Source: a virus
Length of the DNA stretch: 64,000 nt
Direction: 5' to 3' (one strand)
Virus record (IMG/VR): IMGVR_UViG_3300045988_158809
Part shown: one piece after another, positions 10,092 through 21,088 of the stretch
Layout of the letters: each line of letters opens with the position of its first letter
Position numbering within the stretch: the first letter of the stretch is position 1
The notes under the pieces: model-generated
Seen by the model: the letters and a program-made list of their open reading frames with translations, nothing else
Databases searched by the model: none
Told to the model about the DNA's origin: nothing
Translations under genes and position numbers: made by a program

Positions 10092-11882
10092 ATGAAAAAG
10101 AACAACACAAGCACATACAGAGGCAGTACCCCGGATGTGGAGAAATTTCACGAGGAAGTGAGCAAGCTTATCAGTGAGGGGTATGTGGCCATGCCTATGA
10201 ACGAAAGTTTAGGCAAAAAAAGCAACGCTCCGCAGTGGAGTGATACGGTAAACACTTTCCTTGAGCCTACAAAAGACGTGAACGGCGAGATTGTTCCGGG
10301 GCAGGTGTTCTCTTCTTCGTCGGTAGAGGTAGACGTGTCCGGCATAGGTACGGAAAACCTTGGGTATATGTCGTGGGGACCGTACAACAATCTGCCCAAC
10401 CGTGTAGCTCTCCTTTCCTCCCTGCTTCCCTACACAGCCACAGGCAACCGCTTCAATACCGATGTGGCAGCCGGACTGGGACCACGCGCAAAGTACCGCT
10501 ACACAATCACGGTAAACGACACACTGACTCCGAAAGAAGTGGATTACAATGATGCCGGCGAGCTTATCAAATCGAAGATTTACGCCAAGCAGAAGGAACT
10601 TCTGGACTTCTACGCATCATGTAAGGATAGAGGCATTACCCTGAAACGTCAGATGTCGGATTATGAAACGGTATCAAACAAAGAGCTGGAGCATTATAAG
10701 AAGGTGGAAGAAACTCTGATAGAGGAAATAGACCGCCTGAACAAGGATTACGAGATATGGGAAAAGACTTCGGAAGAAATCAAGGCGTTCATAGAAGAAT
10801 CTTCTTTACAGAATGTCTGCATGAGCCTTTTCACAAGCATGACGCTGTTTGATATCTGTTATCCTGAAATACGTCTTTCTCAGGGTAAAAACGGAGAAAA
10901 CGGCGCAACATGGAAGCCGAAGGTTACGAGCATCGGTTTTTATGACTCCGTGATTTGCCGTCTGGAAAGAATGGACGATAACAATAAAATCAACTACGTT
11001 TATGTTTCCAACCGCTTCTATGATACGGCCGTAAAAGACGTGAATGACCAGCTCGATATAAAGGCTGTTCCGGCTCTCGATCCTGTACGACCTTTGGCAT
11101 CGCTCCGTGAAAAGATACGCGATTCAAGGCTGAACGCATATTTCGGCAAGAAACGTAACGGCAGGCCAGTAACGGAAAACAAGCCTACACGCTTTATTCT
11201 TCCTTCATATTATCCGGCTGCAGGCCGTCCGTATTACCCGCAACCTGCATGGTGGAGTATCTTCGGCGGTTCGATATATCAGTATGCGGCAAATATCATT
11301 TCCGACCGCGTACAGGCAAAGGAAAACTCGAATATGTGGGGCAAGGTGGTTTATGTACACACTGAATATCTCGGACAGCTTTATCATCAGATGAATATCA
11401 ATGACGAAAACAAACGTGCTGAGATAAGAAATCAGTTATGGAACAGTGTAAACACTTTCCTCAAAGACCGCAGCCAGAACGGTTCCACTCTGCTTTCATT
11501 CTCATTTACCGGATCGGACGGAAAAGAACATGACGCATTCCGCATTGTCGATATTCCTGCCACAAGTAAGTCTGAAGCCGATGCACAGAAAACCGAATTG
11601 CAGGAGATAAGCAGTATCATCTTCTTCAGTATGCAGATCAATCCTGCTCTGATTGGTTCGGTACCGGGTTCTTCTTCATCATCGGGAGGAACATACCAAA
11701 GGGAATTATATCTGCTCAAACAGCTTAATATGAAGCCTACACAGCAGATAGTTCTGTCCGTGTTCGACGTGGTATCAAGATTCAACGAATGGGACAAGCA
11801 CCTGGTATGGCGCATTCAGGAAAATTCTCTTACAACGCTTGACCGCAGCGCAACGGGACTGACGGAATCTCAATCTGCATAA
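10092..11882 (+). CDS. portal protein (candidate)
   Basis: ~596-aa ORF just downstream of terL. Size and position are typical of portals. No motif verified. Confidence 0.5.
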   Translation: MKKNNTSTYRGSTPDVEKFHEEVSKLISEGYVAMPMNESLGKKSNAPQWSDTVNTFLEPTKDVNGEIVPGQVFSSSSVEVDVSGIGTENLGYMSWGPYNNLPNRVALLSSLLPYTATGNRFNTDVAAGLGPRAKYRYTITVNDTLTPKEVDYNDAGELIKSKIYAKQKELLDFYASCKDRGITLKRQMSDYETVSNKELEHYKKVEETLIEEIDRLNKDYEIWEKTSEEIKAFIEESSLQNVCMSLFTSMTLFDICYPEIRLSQGKNGENGATWKPKVTSIGFYDSVICRLERMDDNNKINYVYVSNRFYDTAVKDVNDQLDIKAVPALDPVRPLASLREKIRDSRLNAYFGKKRNGRPVTENKPTRFILPSYYPAAGRPYYPQPAWWSIFGGSIYQYAANIISDRVQAKENSNMWGKVVYVHTEYLGQLYHQMNINDENKRAEIRNQLWNSVNTFLKDRSQNGSTLLSFSFTGSDGKEHDAFRIVDIPATSKSEADAQKTELQEISSIIFFSMQINPALIGSVPGSSSSSGGTYQRELYLLKQLNMKPTQQIVLSVFDVVSRFNEWDKHLVWRIQENSLTTLDRSATGLTESQSA

Positions 11883-11903
11883 TCACTTTAAAACAGAACG
11901 CTT

Positions 11904-12911
11904 ATGATAATAAATACTATAGAAGAAGTAAGGTTGTATCTTCCAAACCACAGGCTCGATGATATTCAGGGGTTGAAAGGTTTTATAGACAGTAGCGAGC
12001 GCGATTTCTTGGCTGATAAGCTGGGGACTGAACTTTATGATGCCGTATGCGAGAAATATAACGAAATTCTTCCTGAAGAACTTTTTCCGGAAAACTCGAA
12101 GTACTGGACGGAATGGCACAAGCTGATACGTGCTGCACAGCCTGTAGTGGTGTTCGATGCCCTTTATCGTAGTGCGGACCTGAATGTAATTTCTCTGAAC
12201 GAAGCAGGAATGAATATCGCATCGAGCGACAATTACGAATCGGCAGGGGAGAAACTGATAGAAAAGTTCAAGTCGCGCTGTAATACAGAATCGCATCGTG
12301 CCGTTGACCGTATGCTGGTATTGCTCGAAACATGGGCGCAGGAAGTGGGATCTTTACCTGACGAACCGGAAGAGGAAGAAACCGAAATGCAGCAGATAGT
12401 ACGCTTGTGGAAGAAAAGCAAATACTATTATCAGGACTCTTCTCTCTTTATCAGCACAGCCACACAGATGCAGCAGTATCTTGACATTTACGAAAGCCGC
12501 GAGAAGTTTGTTTCTCTCATTCCGCAGTTACGATACATTCAGTCCGTGCTGATAGAAGGGGAGATAGGAAGCAGTTTTGTAAGCTATCTTATAAAGGCAC
12601 AAAAGGAAGGTAAGCTGAAGGAGCAGGAAAAGATTCTGGTAGAAAAGATATGCTGGTGGACAGCCTTTGCTGTTGAGTCACGCTCAAAGATGTTCAACCG
12701 TAGCGAAGCCACAGAGGACGCGATAAGGATGCGCCAGAATGCCATTGGATTTATCCAGCAGCGCTATGCCGATTTCAGTGAGAATATAGGTATAGACTCT
12801 CCGCTGTATGTGGCACCCGTAGAGGGAACCACAAGCGACACTCCGAAATGGGAAAACAATCGTCCTGGAAACAAGCTTTTCGTTACTCCGTCAATCGACA
12901 CTAAACTCTAA
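11904..12911 (+). CDS. hypothetical virion-module protein
   Basis: 335-aa ORF that tiles with its neighbours. Confidence 0.55.
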   Translation: MIINTIEEVRLYLPNHRLDDIQGLKGFIDSSERDFLADKLGTELYDAVCEKYNEILPEELFPENSKYWTEWHKLIRAAQPVVVFDALYRSADLNVISLNEAGMNIASSDNYESAGEKLIEKFKSRCNTESHRAVDRMLVLLETWAQEVGSLPDEPEEEETEMQQIVRLWKKSKYYYQDSSLFISTATQMQQYLDIYESREKFVSLIPQLRYIQSVLIEGEIGSSFVSYLIKAQKEGKLKEQEKILVEKICWWTAFAVESRSKMFNRSEATEDAIRMRQNAIGFIQQRYADFSENIGIDSPLYVAPVEGTTSDTPKWENNRPGNKLFVTPSIDTKL

Positions 12912-12913
12912 CG

Positions 12914-13918
12914 ATGAAAAAGTCCGATACTCTAAGAATTGATTTGCACCTGCCACGCCACTGGGACGCGCTGACCACGCCACAGATGGAAGTCGTGGCA
13001 GATTGCATTATGCGTGAGATTGCGGCCGGTGGGAAAAGCGGTGCGTACAACCCGAAGAAGGTGAAGATGGATATCTTTCTTCGCCTGACCGGACTGGAGA
13101 TAATAGAATCGGTAACAGACAGCCTTCCGCCCGAAGAGAGATACTTCATAGCTGTAAAGAAAAACGAAAGCGAAAACCGGATGAAACGTATCTACATGAA
13201 GCTTACGGGCAACAGCTACACCGCACCTTTCAAGGTCTATATCTGGCAGGTGAACCAATGGATTGATGAATGCCTGAAATGGCTGGACAATACATCAAAC
13301 CGCACAGTCTTTCCTTATCCTATCTTCAAAAGCAAGGGCAGGATATTCCGCGGCCCGTCAAGACTGATGCAGAACTTCAACTGGAGGCAGTACCGCATTT
13401 CGTCCGATTATTACGACTACTACCTGTCAGAATCAAACTCATTGGTGAGATACGCAGCAAGAAAGGACTGTAATCCGCGAAAGTTAGCCGATATGCAGAA
13501 GACTGTCCGAAACGCACGAAACCTCCTCCTTGCTTCCCTGTTTTGTGAGGAAGTGGATGTACGCAATGCAGCCGGACTTCTGGAAAAGGACAATCCCTAC
13601 ATACTCGGACAGGAAGCGAAGAACAAAGATTGTTTTGAGAAGTTTACCGATATTCAAATGCAGGTGATACTTTTCTGGTGGATGGGAATGATGGATTATC
13701 TTCAGAGAAAGTTCCCGAAAGTATTCAAGAAAGGGAATCCCAAAAAACAGCAGCAGGTAAATCCATTTGAGGTTTACACCCGCATGATGACAAACCTGCA
13801 AAAGTATCTTAACGGAGCGAGTGAGGAACAGATTAATAATGCAACATACACAATAATGCTTGAAAATCTTAACGATATGATGGAAGAGCATGAGCGTATG
13901 GAAAGAAGAAAGGGGTAG
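12914..13918 (+). CDS. hypothetical virion-module protein
   Basis: 334-aa ORF starting 2 nt after the previous stop. Confidence 0.55.
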   Translation: MKKSDTLRIDLHLPRHWDALTTPQMEVVADCIMREIAAGGKSGAYNPKKVKMDIFLRLTGLEIIESVTDSLPPEERYFIAVKKNESENRMKRIYMKLTGNSYTAPFKVYIWQVNQWIDECLKWLDNTSNRTVFPYPIFKSKGRIFRGPSRLMQNFNWRQYRISSDYYDYYLSESNSLVRYAARKDCNPRKLADMQKTVRNARNLLLASLFCEEVDVRNAAGLLEKDNPYILGQEAKNKDCFEKFTDIQMQVILFWWMGMMDYLQRKFPKVFKKGNPKKQQQVNPFEVYTRMMTNLQKYLNGASEEQINNATYTIMLENLNDMMEEHERMERRKG

Positions 13919-13924
13919 AAGAAT

Positions 13925-16513
13925 ATGGAAAATAAGATAGTAATAGATATAAACGGAAAGTCTTTAAATCTTCCTTCTGATTTCAGTATTGATATAGAAG
14001 ATGTAAATCCGTATTTCAATGACAACGAATCTTTTTCGTATGAAGTTCCTGTATCTATAGAAGAAAACAGGGAGGTTTTCAAAGATGTAGATAATGTACA
14101 AAGCGATAAGCGTCTGGTTGATTTGGAAAATTCATCCATGAGATTAAAAGTATGTGGAGTTCCTTTTCGTAGTGGAAAAATGCAGATTTCTGAAGATGCT
14201 GAGATATCCGGACAAATAAACATATCTTTAATCTCTACTTCTGCCACATTAAAAGATTTGATAGGGGAGAAGAATTGTCAGGATATACCTGTAAAGGATA
14301 AGATTCAGATTGGAGAGATGATTGGAGATATAAATCTTAAAGGTACATACGATTATAATTTCGCTTTTGTACTTTATAAAGAGCCTTATACTTATTTGTC
14401 TGAATCAGAAAAATTATCGGATGAAATAAATTATACATTAAATATTAACGCTTTAGGTTATTCTTTCCCCGGAATTTGCAAAGTAAAAGATAAAGAAACT
14501 GATTCCGGTTTTGAAACAGCAGTAAAGAAAGACGGTAAACCTGTTGTTGAAAAAAGTTTTATCAATGTAAGTGATGAATATCCGATTGCAAAATACTGCA
14601 ATGCAAGGGTTTGTTATACGCATTACAAAAAGCCAAGTTCGGAAGATAGTAATCCTATTGTAAGCGATGAAGGAGATTTTGATCCTTATTACATACTTGA
14701 AGCAGACCGTATGCAAAGCGGTATTTGTTTTTATATCCTATATTTTCTGGATTGCCTTTTCAGTTCATTGGATATGAATTATGACAACAGCAATCTGTTG
14801 AATGTGGGAGATATGAAAAGATTGTGCTTTTTTACCACATATTGTAAATATGATCTTGAAAGAAAATATCCAGATAAACAGGAACCTGATTTTAAAAAAA
14901 CTCGTGAAATATTAATGTGGCTTGATAGTCGGAACACGAAAGGTAAGCTGTCACATGAAACAAAATATTCTGAAGAAGTTGACAATATTGAGCTCGGTGG
15001 TAAAACATATAGTGTAGGAGATACATTGTCGCTTGGTTCTGTCATAAAAAAAATCGTAGTTCAAACATTCTCTAAAACGCTTGTTATGTCAGCAAGTGTA
15101 ATGAACATGTATGCAAACTCCAGAAATTTCCCTGATGCGAGTGTGACATCTGTAATTGATTCCTTATGGGCATCATTTGGTATCCGTTTTTTGGTTGATT
15201 ATGACAAGCGTACTGTAAAAGCCGTTTTCATAAGAGATTTGTTTCGTGATACATCAGAACCTATCACATTAAAATGTGAAATTATTGATACGCCGGTGAA
15301 ATTAAATGAGAAAATAACCGGACTTCGTATGCGATATTCTGCTGAAAGCGACAACGATGAGAAAACATATAATATAAAATACGGCGTTAAGGATTATGAT
15401 ACGAATTTTGATTATGTAGATTACAGAAAGATTGATACATCTTTGGATTATCTTAGTATAATTAAAAAGCAGAACAGCTCTGATACTACATGTTACATTG
15501 ATTTGAATACAGGGAATCGGTACAGATTGAAAGTAGATAAAGACGCAGAAGGATTTGATGACCTTAAACCGAGCGTTTTTGAAGTAGGAGCATTTACAGG
15601 TGTAGAAATAGGTGATTGCAGTGTAGAGAATCAGGATTACATAGAAGAGCTTATCAGTGATTTTAGTCCAATTATACCTAATGATGTAAATGGGAAAAGA
15701 CAGAGAAATTCAAGTAGTAAGACAAATATACCTGTTTCGTTTACAGGAGAAAATGTGCCTGAAGAATTGAAAAATACTACTTTTAATGGATTGAATATAA
15801 CAGATAGAGAACAGATATTGGCCATGTTTGTCGATGAAGAAATGCAGCATGAAAATACGACCATGGTCATACAAAACGCTGTTGGCACAAACTATTCTAA
15901 TTTTTTCATTACCCAAACATTTGAAACAGATGAGTCTTACGATGTAACGAAAACTGAAAACGGAGAATCTCCTCTCCAGACAATTGACTGGGGGCTGGCT
16001 ATCGGAGTGATGCGTGGAGGTGGTTCCGATGCTACTATACAGACTTACGACTGGAATTACGACGGACACGGTAACAGCAAGTGGCGCACCGTGGCCGGTA
16101 AATATGCCATGAGTAGTGACAGTATGGATAACTGGGGTTCGCAATATGACTATAACGGCACGCAGACAGGAATTGGCGACGATGAGCGTTTTTCTCTTAA
16201 AATCCGTTCGTACATCGAAAAAGACGGAAAGATTCTTTGTAACGAAGACCAGCGTGACGAAGAAGGAAACATCGAGACAAAAGTACGCACACGCGGACTT
16301 TACGACACATTCATGAGCGAATACGCACATTTCCTTCTTAACCGGAAGAAACTGCAGGTGAAATTCCGTTGCGAAGTGGCCGAGCTGGCCAACATCCAGT
16401 GGGGAAAACGTTACAACATCGGCGGATATATCGGCTGGATTAACAAGCTTTCTTACACCATTTCGGCAGAAGAAGGACTTGGTGTGGTAACGGCAGAACT
16501 TTATCAACTCTAA
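13925..16513 (+). CDS. large structural protein (tail/baseplate candidate)
   Basis: 862-aa ORF in the late module. No motif recognised. Confidence 0.5.
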   Translation: MENKIVIDINGKSLNLPSDFSIDIEDVNPYFNDNESFSYEVPVSIEENREVFKDVDNVQSDKRLVDLENSSMRLKVCGVPFRSGKMQISEDAEISGQINISLISTSATLKDLIGEKNCQDIPVKDKIQIGEMIGDINLKGTYDYNFAFVLYKEPYTYLSESEKLSDEINYTLNINALGYSFPGICKVKDKETDSGFETAVKKDGKPVVEKSFINVSDEYPIAKYCNARVCYTHYKKPSSEDSNPIVSDEGDFDPYYILEADRMQSGICFYILYFLDCLFSSLDMNYDNSNLLNVGDMKRLCFFTTYCKYDLERKYPDKQEPDFKKTREILMWLDSRNTKGKLSHETKYSEEVDNIELGGKTYSVGDTLSLGSVIKKIVVQTFSKTLVMSASVMNMYANSRNFPDASVTSVIDSLWASFGIRFLVDYDKRTVKAVFIRDLFRDTSEPITLKCEIIDTPVKLNEKITGLRMRYSAESDNDEKTYNIKYGVKDYDTNFDYVDYRKIDTSLDYLSIIKKQNSSDTTCYIDLNTGNRYRLKVDKDAEGFDDLKPSVFEVGAFTGVEIGDCSVENQDYIEELISDFSPIIPNDVNGKRQRNSSSKTNIPVSFTGENVPEELKNTTFNGLNITDREQILAMFVDEEMQHENTTMVIQNAVGTNYSNFFITQTFETDESYDVTKTENGESPLQTIDWGLAIGVMRGGGSDATIQTYDWNYDGHGNSKWRTVAGKYAMSSDSMDNWGSQYDYNGTQTGIGDDERFSLKIRSYIEKDGKILCNEDQRDEEGNIETKVRTRGLYDTFMSEYAHFLLNRKKLQVKFRCEVAELANIQWGKRYNIGGYIGWINKLSYTISAEEGLGVVTAELYQL

Positions 16514-16525
16514 AAATCATTAATT

Positions 16526-17551
16526 ATGGCACAAAAAATAGAAATCACATCCGGAAGCCCGCTTTGCGGCAGTCCGATCATCGTGGCAGTAACGGCCGAC
16601 TCACCAGTAAGCCGCGCCACATTCCACCGGTTGAAACTTGTGGTAAAGGCAGCCTTGCAGACCAACCTCGATTATGAGGACTATGTGCTGAGCTGGCCGG
16701 CGTCCGACGGCGAAGTGATAGAGTTTGACATATCCAGCGCATTACGCAGTGAACTGAAAGAGCACAAGTATTCCGCACTTACCGCACAGGCAGCCATGCC
16801 CTACATAAAATACACCCTTCAGGCATACGACGAGTGGATGATCGACGGAATCATTTACGACGAGCAGAACGTACGCGACTACGGAGGCTATCTGTTTGCG
16901 CTTGATGGTGCTTTTACCGAAGTCGAACGCTATCTTTCCAACACTTCAAAAAACGTAACGAAGTTTTCCAGAAAGCCGGAATCAGGCGAAGTATGCAATT
17001 TGGGCGACATATATCTCTCTTCTGCTCCTCCTTCTGAGCCGATTTCATTTGCCACTCAGTTGGAAAGTGGCCCATTGGTAGAGGTATTCAATCTTCAGGA
17101 AAAAGGATTTAAAACTATTCATAACCGAAAGATATTCGTTGAAGAAAATCCGGACAGATGGCTATTCCAGTTCATTAACGGTCTGGGAGTCATAGAAACC
17201 GCTTCCTGCCTTTCGCTTGAATCTCTTCAGTATGAATTTAAGAACGAGCGTAATGTGTTGAACAGTTTCCGTCAGTTCAGACCCAGTGCCACGCGTAGCA
17301 TGAGCCGATACACTTCAGGACAGGTTTACGAAATGTCTACCGGACCGGTCAACCGTGAATGGGCCGACTGGTGGTGTAACGAGTTCCTTTGTTGCCCTGC
17401 ATCATGGGTACGTATCGAAGGCAGATGGTTCCCTTGTACCATCGAGCCGGAAGAAGAAGTAGAGATTTACGACCGTACCGAAGAATCCCTCATATCAATA
17501 ACCTTCACCATGCGTCCCGACTTCTCCGGAGGGTTCCGTAACCTGCTTTGA
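16526..17551 (+). CDS. hypothetical structural protein
   Basis: 341-aa ORF in the late module. Confidence 0.55.
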   Translation: MAQKIEITSGSPLCGSPIIVAVTADSPVSRATFHRLKLVVKAALQTNLDYEDYVLSWPASDGEVIEFDISSALRSELKEHKYSALTAQAAMPYIKYTLQAYDEWMIDGIIYDEQNVRDYGGYLFALDGAFTEVERYLSNTSKNVTKFSRKPESGEVCNLGDIYLSSAPPSEPISFATQLESGPLVEVFNLQEKGFKTIHNRKIFVEENPDRWLFQFINGLGVIETASCLSLESLQYEFKNERNVLNSFRQFRPSATRSMSRYTSGQVYEMSTGPVNREWADWWCNEFLCCPASWVRIEGRWFPCTIEPEEEVEIYDRTEESLISITFTMRPDFSGGFRNLL

Positions 17552-17614
17552 TTTTCGTCACTCCTTCGCTGCCGTGTATCATTAAGTTTGTGTCAAATAA
17601 AAGCTATTTTATAC

Positions 17615-19591
17615 ATGGCAGCCACAACACCAAACACACTATCCACTTCCGAATATTGGATGTCGCCCGATGCCCTAACGATAGAGTTAAATGCGCTTGA
17701 CAATCCACAATACCTGCAGGTGTCACTTCTTGCGGGTTCTGTGATTACGGCATATCGTCAGGACGTGATAGATTACGATGCGTCACTCAATTACCGGAAG
17801 TGGACTCTTCAGGCTTACAACAATTTTTTCGACCGTACAGACCGCGCATACGTTTATGCCCAGCTCGAAAAAGAAGGAAACACTGCACTTATCATCTATT
17901 CTTACGATATACTTGAACTTACCGAAACTGTTACAAGCGATACTGAAGAAAGCCGTGAGGTTTATAACGTATATCTTGGGACTATTTCTTCATCTGTAAA
18001 CTCCAACGGAGAAAGTATTCCGCGTATATGGGAAGATTCTTTCAAAACAGGTAGCTTTAGTACAGACAAGAACCGGAATGAAGAACAGCTTGGAGAATGG
18101 GCTAAGATGTTCCGGTTGAATAAGGTAACGGATATGATTGAGGTGCTAAAGGACATCACCTCTGCCGTAATACACAAACTGTACATCGGTGCCAGGAAAA
18201 TCATGATAAACGATGTGCAGACAAGCTATGATAGTGAAAATGATTTACCTGCAAGTGATTCTATTATTCCTACTACAAAATTCCTTAAAGAAAGTACAGA
18301 AGAAAAGTTTCATCGGAAGGATAAGACGGATGAAAATCCATTTTGGCAAAGATTTTTAGGAGGAGCTTCTTTTGGTGAGTTTATTGATTCATTGATTGCT
18401 GGTAAAGGAGCTGGGATATTTGATAATGGAGAAGGACAATTTGAAAGTTTAAAAGTTCGTTCATCTTTAATCGTAAAAGAACTGATATATAACCGTTGGT
18501 TCGCTCAGGAAGGTAATGTGACATACTCCGAAGCCGGCACAATCGAACGGATTGAACTTCTTGAGGACGGCACGTATGACTTGTATCTTCGTCGCCGATG
18601 GGATAATGATATTACGGCATTCAAGGAACAGGACGTAAGTTACGGATCAGTAAATAATCTGAACTCTACAGGAGAGTATTATGACAGCTGGTTCCGCGTC
18701 CTTAGTGTGATGCAGGCGGAAAACAAACTGAATGTCATACTCTATCCGGATGAAGAGGTTCCTGGGGGTAAGAACTATCCTCCAGCTGTCAGTATGGTGA
18801 TTACACGTCGTGGCAATGCGGTAGACGAAGAACGGCAAGGATTCTGGTATATATCCAGCTATGAAGGCTGTATTTGCATGCTGGATGGCGTAACAAAGCC
18901 CGTGCTGGAAGAATCTAATTACAGCATCATTATCGGAAAACTAAAGCGATTGGAACTGTTCGATAACCTCCCAATCAACTACCGACAGAGTTATGTGTAT
19001 TGCCGTGGTATCGCTATCCAGGACTTGATGCGGATAGACTATCAGGGTGTGGTTGTTGTACAGCTTAACGACCGTGGGTTCTGGTCGCTGGAGGTTGCTC
19101 AGAGCGAGAATCCTTATACAGTTGGGAAAGAAACGGTCGATACGGTATGGCATTACGGCTGTCGCTGGAAATGCCTTGTCACCGGAACAACGGACGAACC
19201 TCGCTATGCCAGTACGGGATGGGCGATGATTGAAGGTAATCCTGAATTTACGATAGATATTGATAGCGAAAACGGTTGGCAGTTTGACGGGAGCCAGCTT
19301 CAGGAAGGAGTAGTCTTTACTACCTTAACTGTAACTGGACAGCTCTACAACCGTGACGTGACAGACAGCATACTTGATACGGACGTGTCCTGGACACGCG
19401 ATACGGGCAATGTGTCTGAAGATAATGCCTGGGCTATCAAGAGAGCGGATGCTGGTAAGTCTCTTACGCTGACAGTAGACGATTTGGGGATTGAATTTGG
19501 CCGCACGAAGACTGTTTGCACGTTCAAGGCTCGCGCCTTATTACGTGACGGTCAGACATTCGAAGTTGCAGAGAATGAAATAACATTTTAA
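17615..19591 (+). CDS. hypothetical structural protein (tail candidate)
   Basis: Long ORF. The ATG at 17615 (MAATTPNT) is preferred over the TTG at 17588. Confidence 0.5.
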   Translation: MAATTPNTLSTSEYWMSPDALTIELNALDNPQYLQVSLLAGSVITAYRQDVIDYDASLNYRKWTLQAYNNFFDRTDRAYVYAQLEKEGNTALIIYSYDILELTETVTSDTEESREVYNVYLGTISSSVNSNGESIPRIWEDSFKTGSFSTDKNRNEEQLGEWAKMFRLNKVTDMIEVLKDITSAVIHKLYIGARKIMINDVQTSYDSENDLPASDSIIPTTKFLKESTEEKFHRKDKTDENPFWQRFLGGASFGEFIDSLIAGKGAGIFDNGEGQFESLKVRSSLIVKELIYNRWFAQEGNVTYSEAGTIERIELLEDGTYDLYLRRRWDNDITAFKEQDVSYGSVNNLNSTGEYYDSWFRVLSVMQAENKLNVILYPDEEVPGGKNYPPAVSMVITRRGNAVDEERQGFWYISSYEGCICMLDGVTKPVLEESNYSIIIGKLKRLELFDNLPINYRQSYVYCRGIAIQDLMRIDYQGVVVVQLNDRGFWSLEVAQSENPYTVGKETVDTVWHYGCRWKCLVTGTTDEPRYASTGWAMIEGNPEFTIDIDSENGWQFDGSQLQEGVVFTTLTVTGQLYNRDVTDSILDTDVSWTRDTGNVSEDNAWAIKRADAGKSLTLTVDDLGIEFGRTKTVCTFKARALLRDGQTFEVAENEITF

Positions 19592-19595
19592 AGAT

Positions 19596-20756
19596 ATGAT
19601 AACTACAAGAAAAAAAAGACTGGATGTGAATTATACCCCATTGCAATGCAGTGGGGATATAGAAACCGTGGGAAGTGTACCTGACCGACAGATATACTCC
19701 GCCGACACCAAGGAATATACCCCTGACTACACGCTGACTCCACTTGTGCTGTTTCCACGTTGCAATGCAACAGATCCGGACCAGTACACCAAGTCTGGAG
19801 TGGTAAACGCTTCTCTTACCAATATGAAGTGGTATGAGATACTGGGCACGAAGCGCACGCTGATTGATTCAGGTAATGCGAATTACGAGATAACCAACGA
19901 GGGTGATACCAAGGGGCAGATTAAAATTAAACGTAACTCTAGCGTTACAACACCACTGGCTCTTGAGTTTTACGCTGAATACGTAGACACGCGGACAAAT
20001 CAGGTATTTCCCTTCAGAATGAGTACGGTAATACCTGTATCAGATGCTACACTTCCAAGTCCAGTCATGAAACTGGACAGCCCTTCCAGCGTAATATGGA
20101 ATCCGCTTCGCAATCCACTGACACGTACAATCAAGGCATCTGTCTTTGTCGGAGGAAGCGATATCGCATCGGATAAGCAGAAGTGCAAATTTTTCTGGTA
20201 CCGAAAACTGGACACCGGAGCATTGGAAGCCATTACAGATGGGAACGGAGATAATGACTGGGAAGTAGATAGTATAGACCACAATACGCTGACCATTAAT
20301 CAGGATTATATTGGAGAGGAACAGACCTATGTCTGCAAGCTGGCCTATGCAGCAGACGGTAATCTTCCTGGATCACCATCGGACAATGCACCTGTAGTCA
20401 GTACCACCATCCGACGACGTATTCCTGATGTGGAAGCAGACTGGAAAGGAGTTCCTTCGCAGTTTCCAGGCGGTACCACCAAATTTACTCCGGAAGCGTT
20501 TGTGATGGACGGCATGGGTATTATCCCTAATGCGGATGAATGGCTCCGGTTTGTCTGGAACGTAAAATCACCTTATTCGCAGAGTTACAGCAGACAGGCT
20601 ATCGGAGTAAAGCCGACAATCACATTCATTCCAGGAATGATGCTGGAACTGGAGGTACAGGATAGAGGGCCACAGGCAATACTGATAGATGATACGGATG
20701 GCACCGTACTGCAGGATGCTGATGGTAATGTTTTATTTGACAGAATTAATAACTAA
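19596..20756 (+). CDS. hypothetical structural protein with Ig-like-looking repeats
   Basis: 386 aa. Repeated beta-rich segments of the form 'W(Y/F)..L..G...' are seen. Confidence 0.45.
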   Translation: MITTRKKRLDVNYTPLQCSGDIETVGSVPDRQIYSADTKEYTPDYTLTPLVLFPRCNATDPDQYTKSGVVNASLTNMKWYEILGTKRTLIDSGNANYEITNEGDTKGQIKIKRNSSVTTPLALEFYAEYVDTRTNQVFPFRMSTVIPVSDATLPSPVMKLDSPSSVIWNPLRNPLTRTIKASVFVGGSDIASDKQKCKFFWYRKLDTGALEAITDGNGDNDWEVDSIDHNTLTINQDYIGEEQTYVCKLAYAADGNLPGSPSDNAPVVSTTIRRRIPDVEADWKGVPSQFPGGTTKFTPEAFVMDGMGIIPNADEWLRFVWNVKSPYSQSYSRQAIGVKPTITFIPGMMLELEVQDRGPQAILIDDTDGTVLQDADGNVLFDRINN

Positions 20757-20767
20757 TACATACGACT

Positions 20768-21088
20768 ATGGCATATTACGTAAAAGTGACAAAACAGGTG
20801 TCTGATAAGATGAATCTTACTGCAATACGCAATAAGACTGCGGATGGAAACGTGCTGCTGTGGCAGGCAGATTTAAATAGAATTGAAGGTGATACCATAT
20901 TTGAACGCGCAGAGCGGATAGGCGGAAAGGCTATTACAGCTCAGGAAGCCAAGGCTGAAACAGACGGTACAGAAAATCCTTCCGAAGTATATACACCTGA
21001 CGAATATAAGGAAGATACGCCTAGCGTCTTGCCGGAGATATCAAATGACACCGTATCTACTGAAGCAGAGGAAGGAGGTACATTATGA
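20768..21088 (+). CDS. hypothetical protein
   Basis: 106-aa ORF whose stop overlaps the next start. Confidence 0.5.
   Translation: MAYYVKVTKQVSDKMNLTAIRNKTADGNVLLWQADLNRIEGDTIFERAERIGGKAITAQEAKAETDGTENPSEVYTPDEYKEDTPSVLPEISNDTVSTEAEEGGTL

Noticed and set aside
15710-16507. 265-aa minus-strand ORF. Similar long antisense ORFs lie at 45035-45706, 39320-39877, 61080-61568, 62053-62529 and 1689-2165.
   Set aside because: These are shadow ORFs, fully nested antisense within longer, tiling + strand genes. None has a supporting promoter or terminator.
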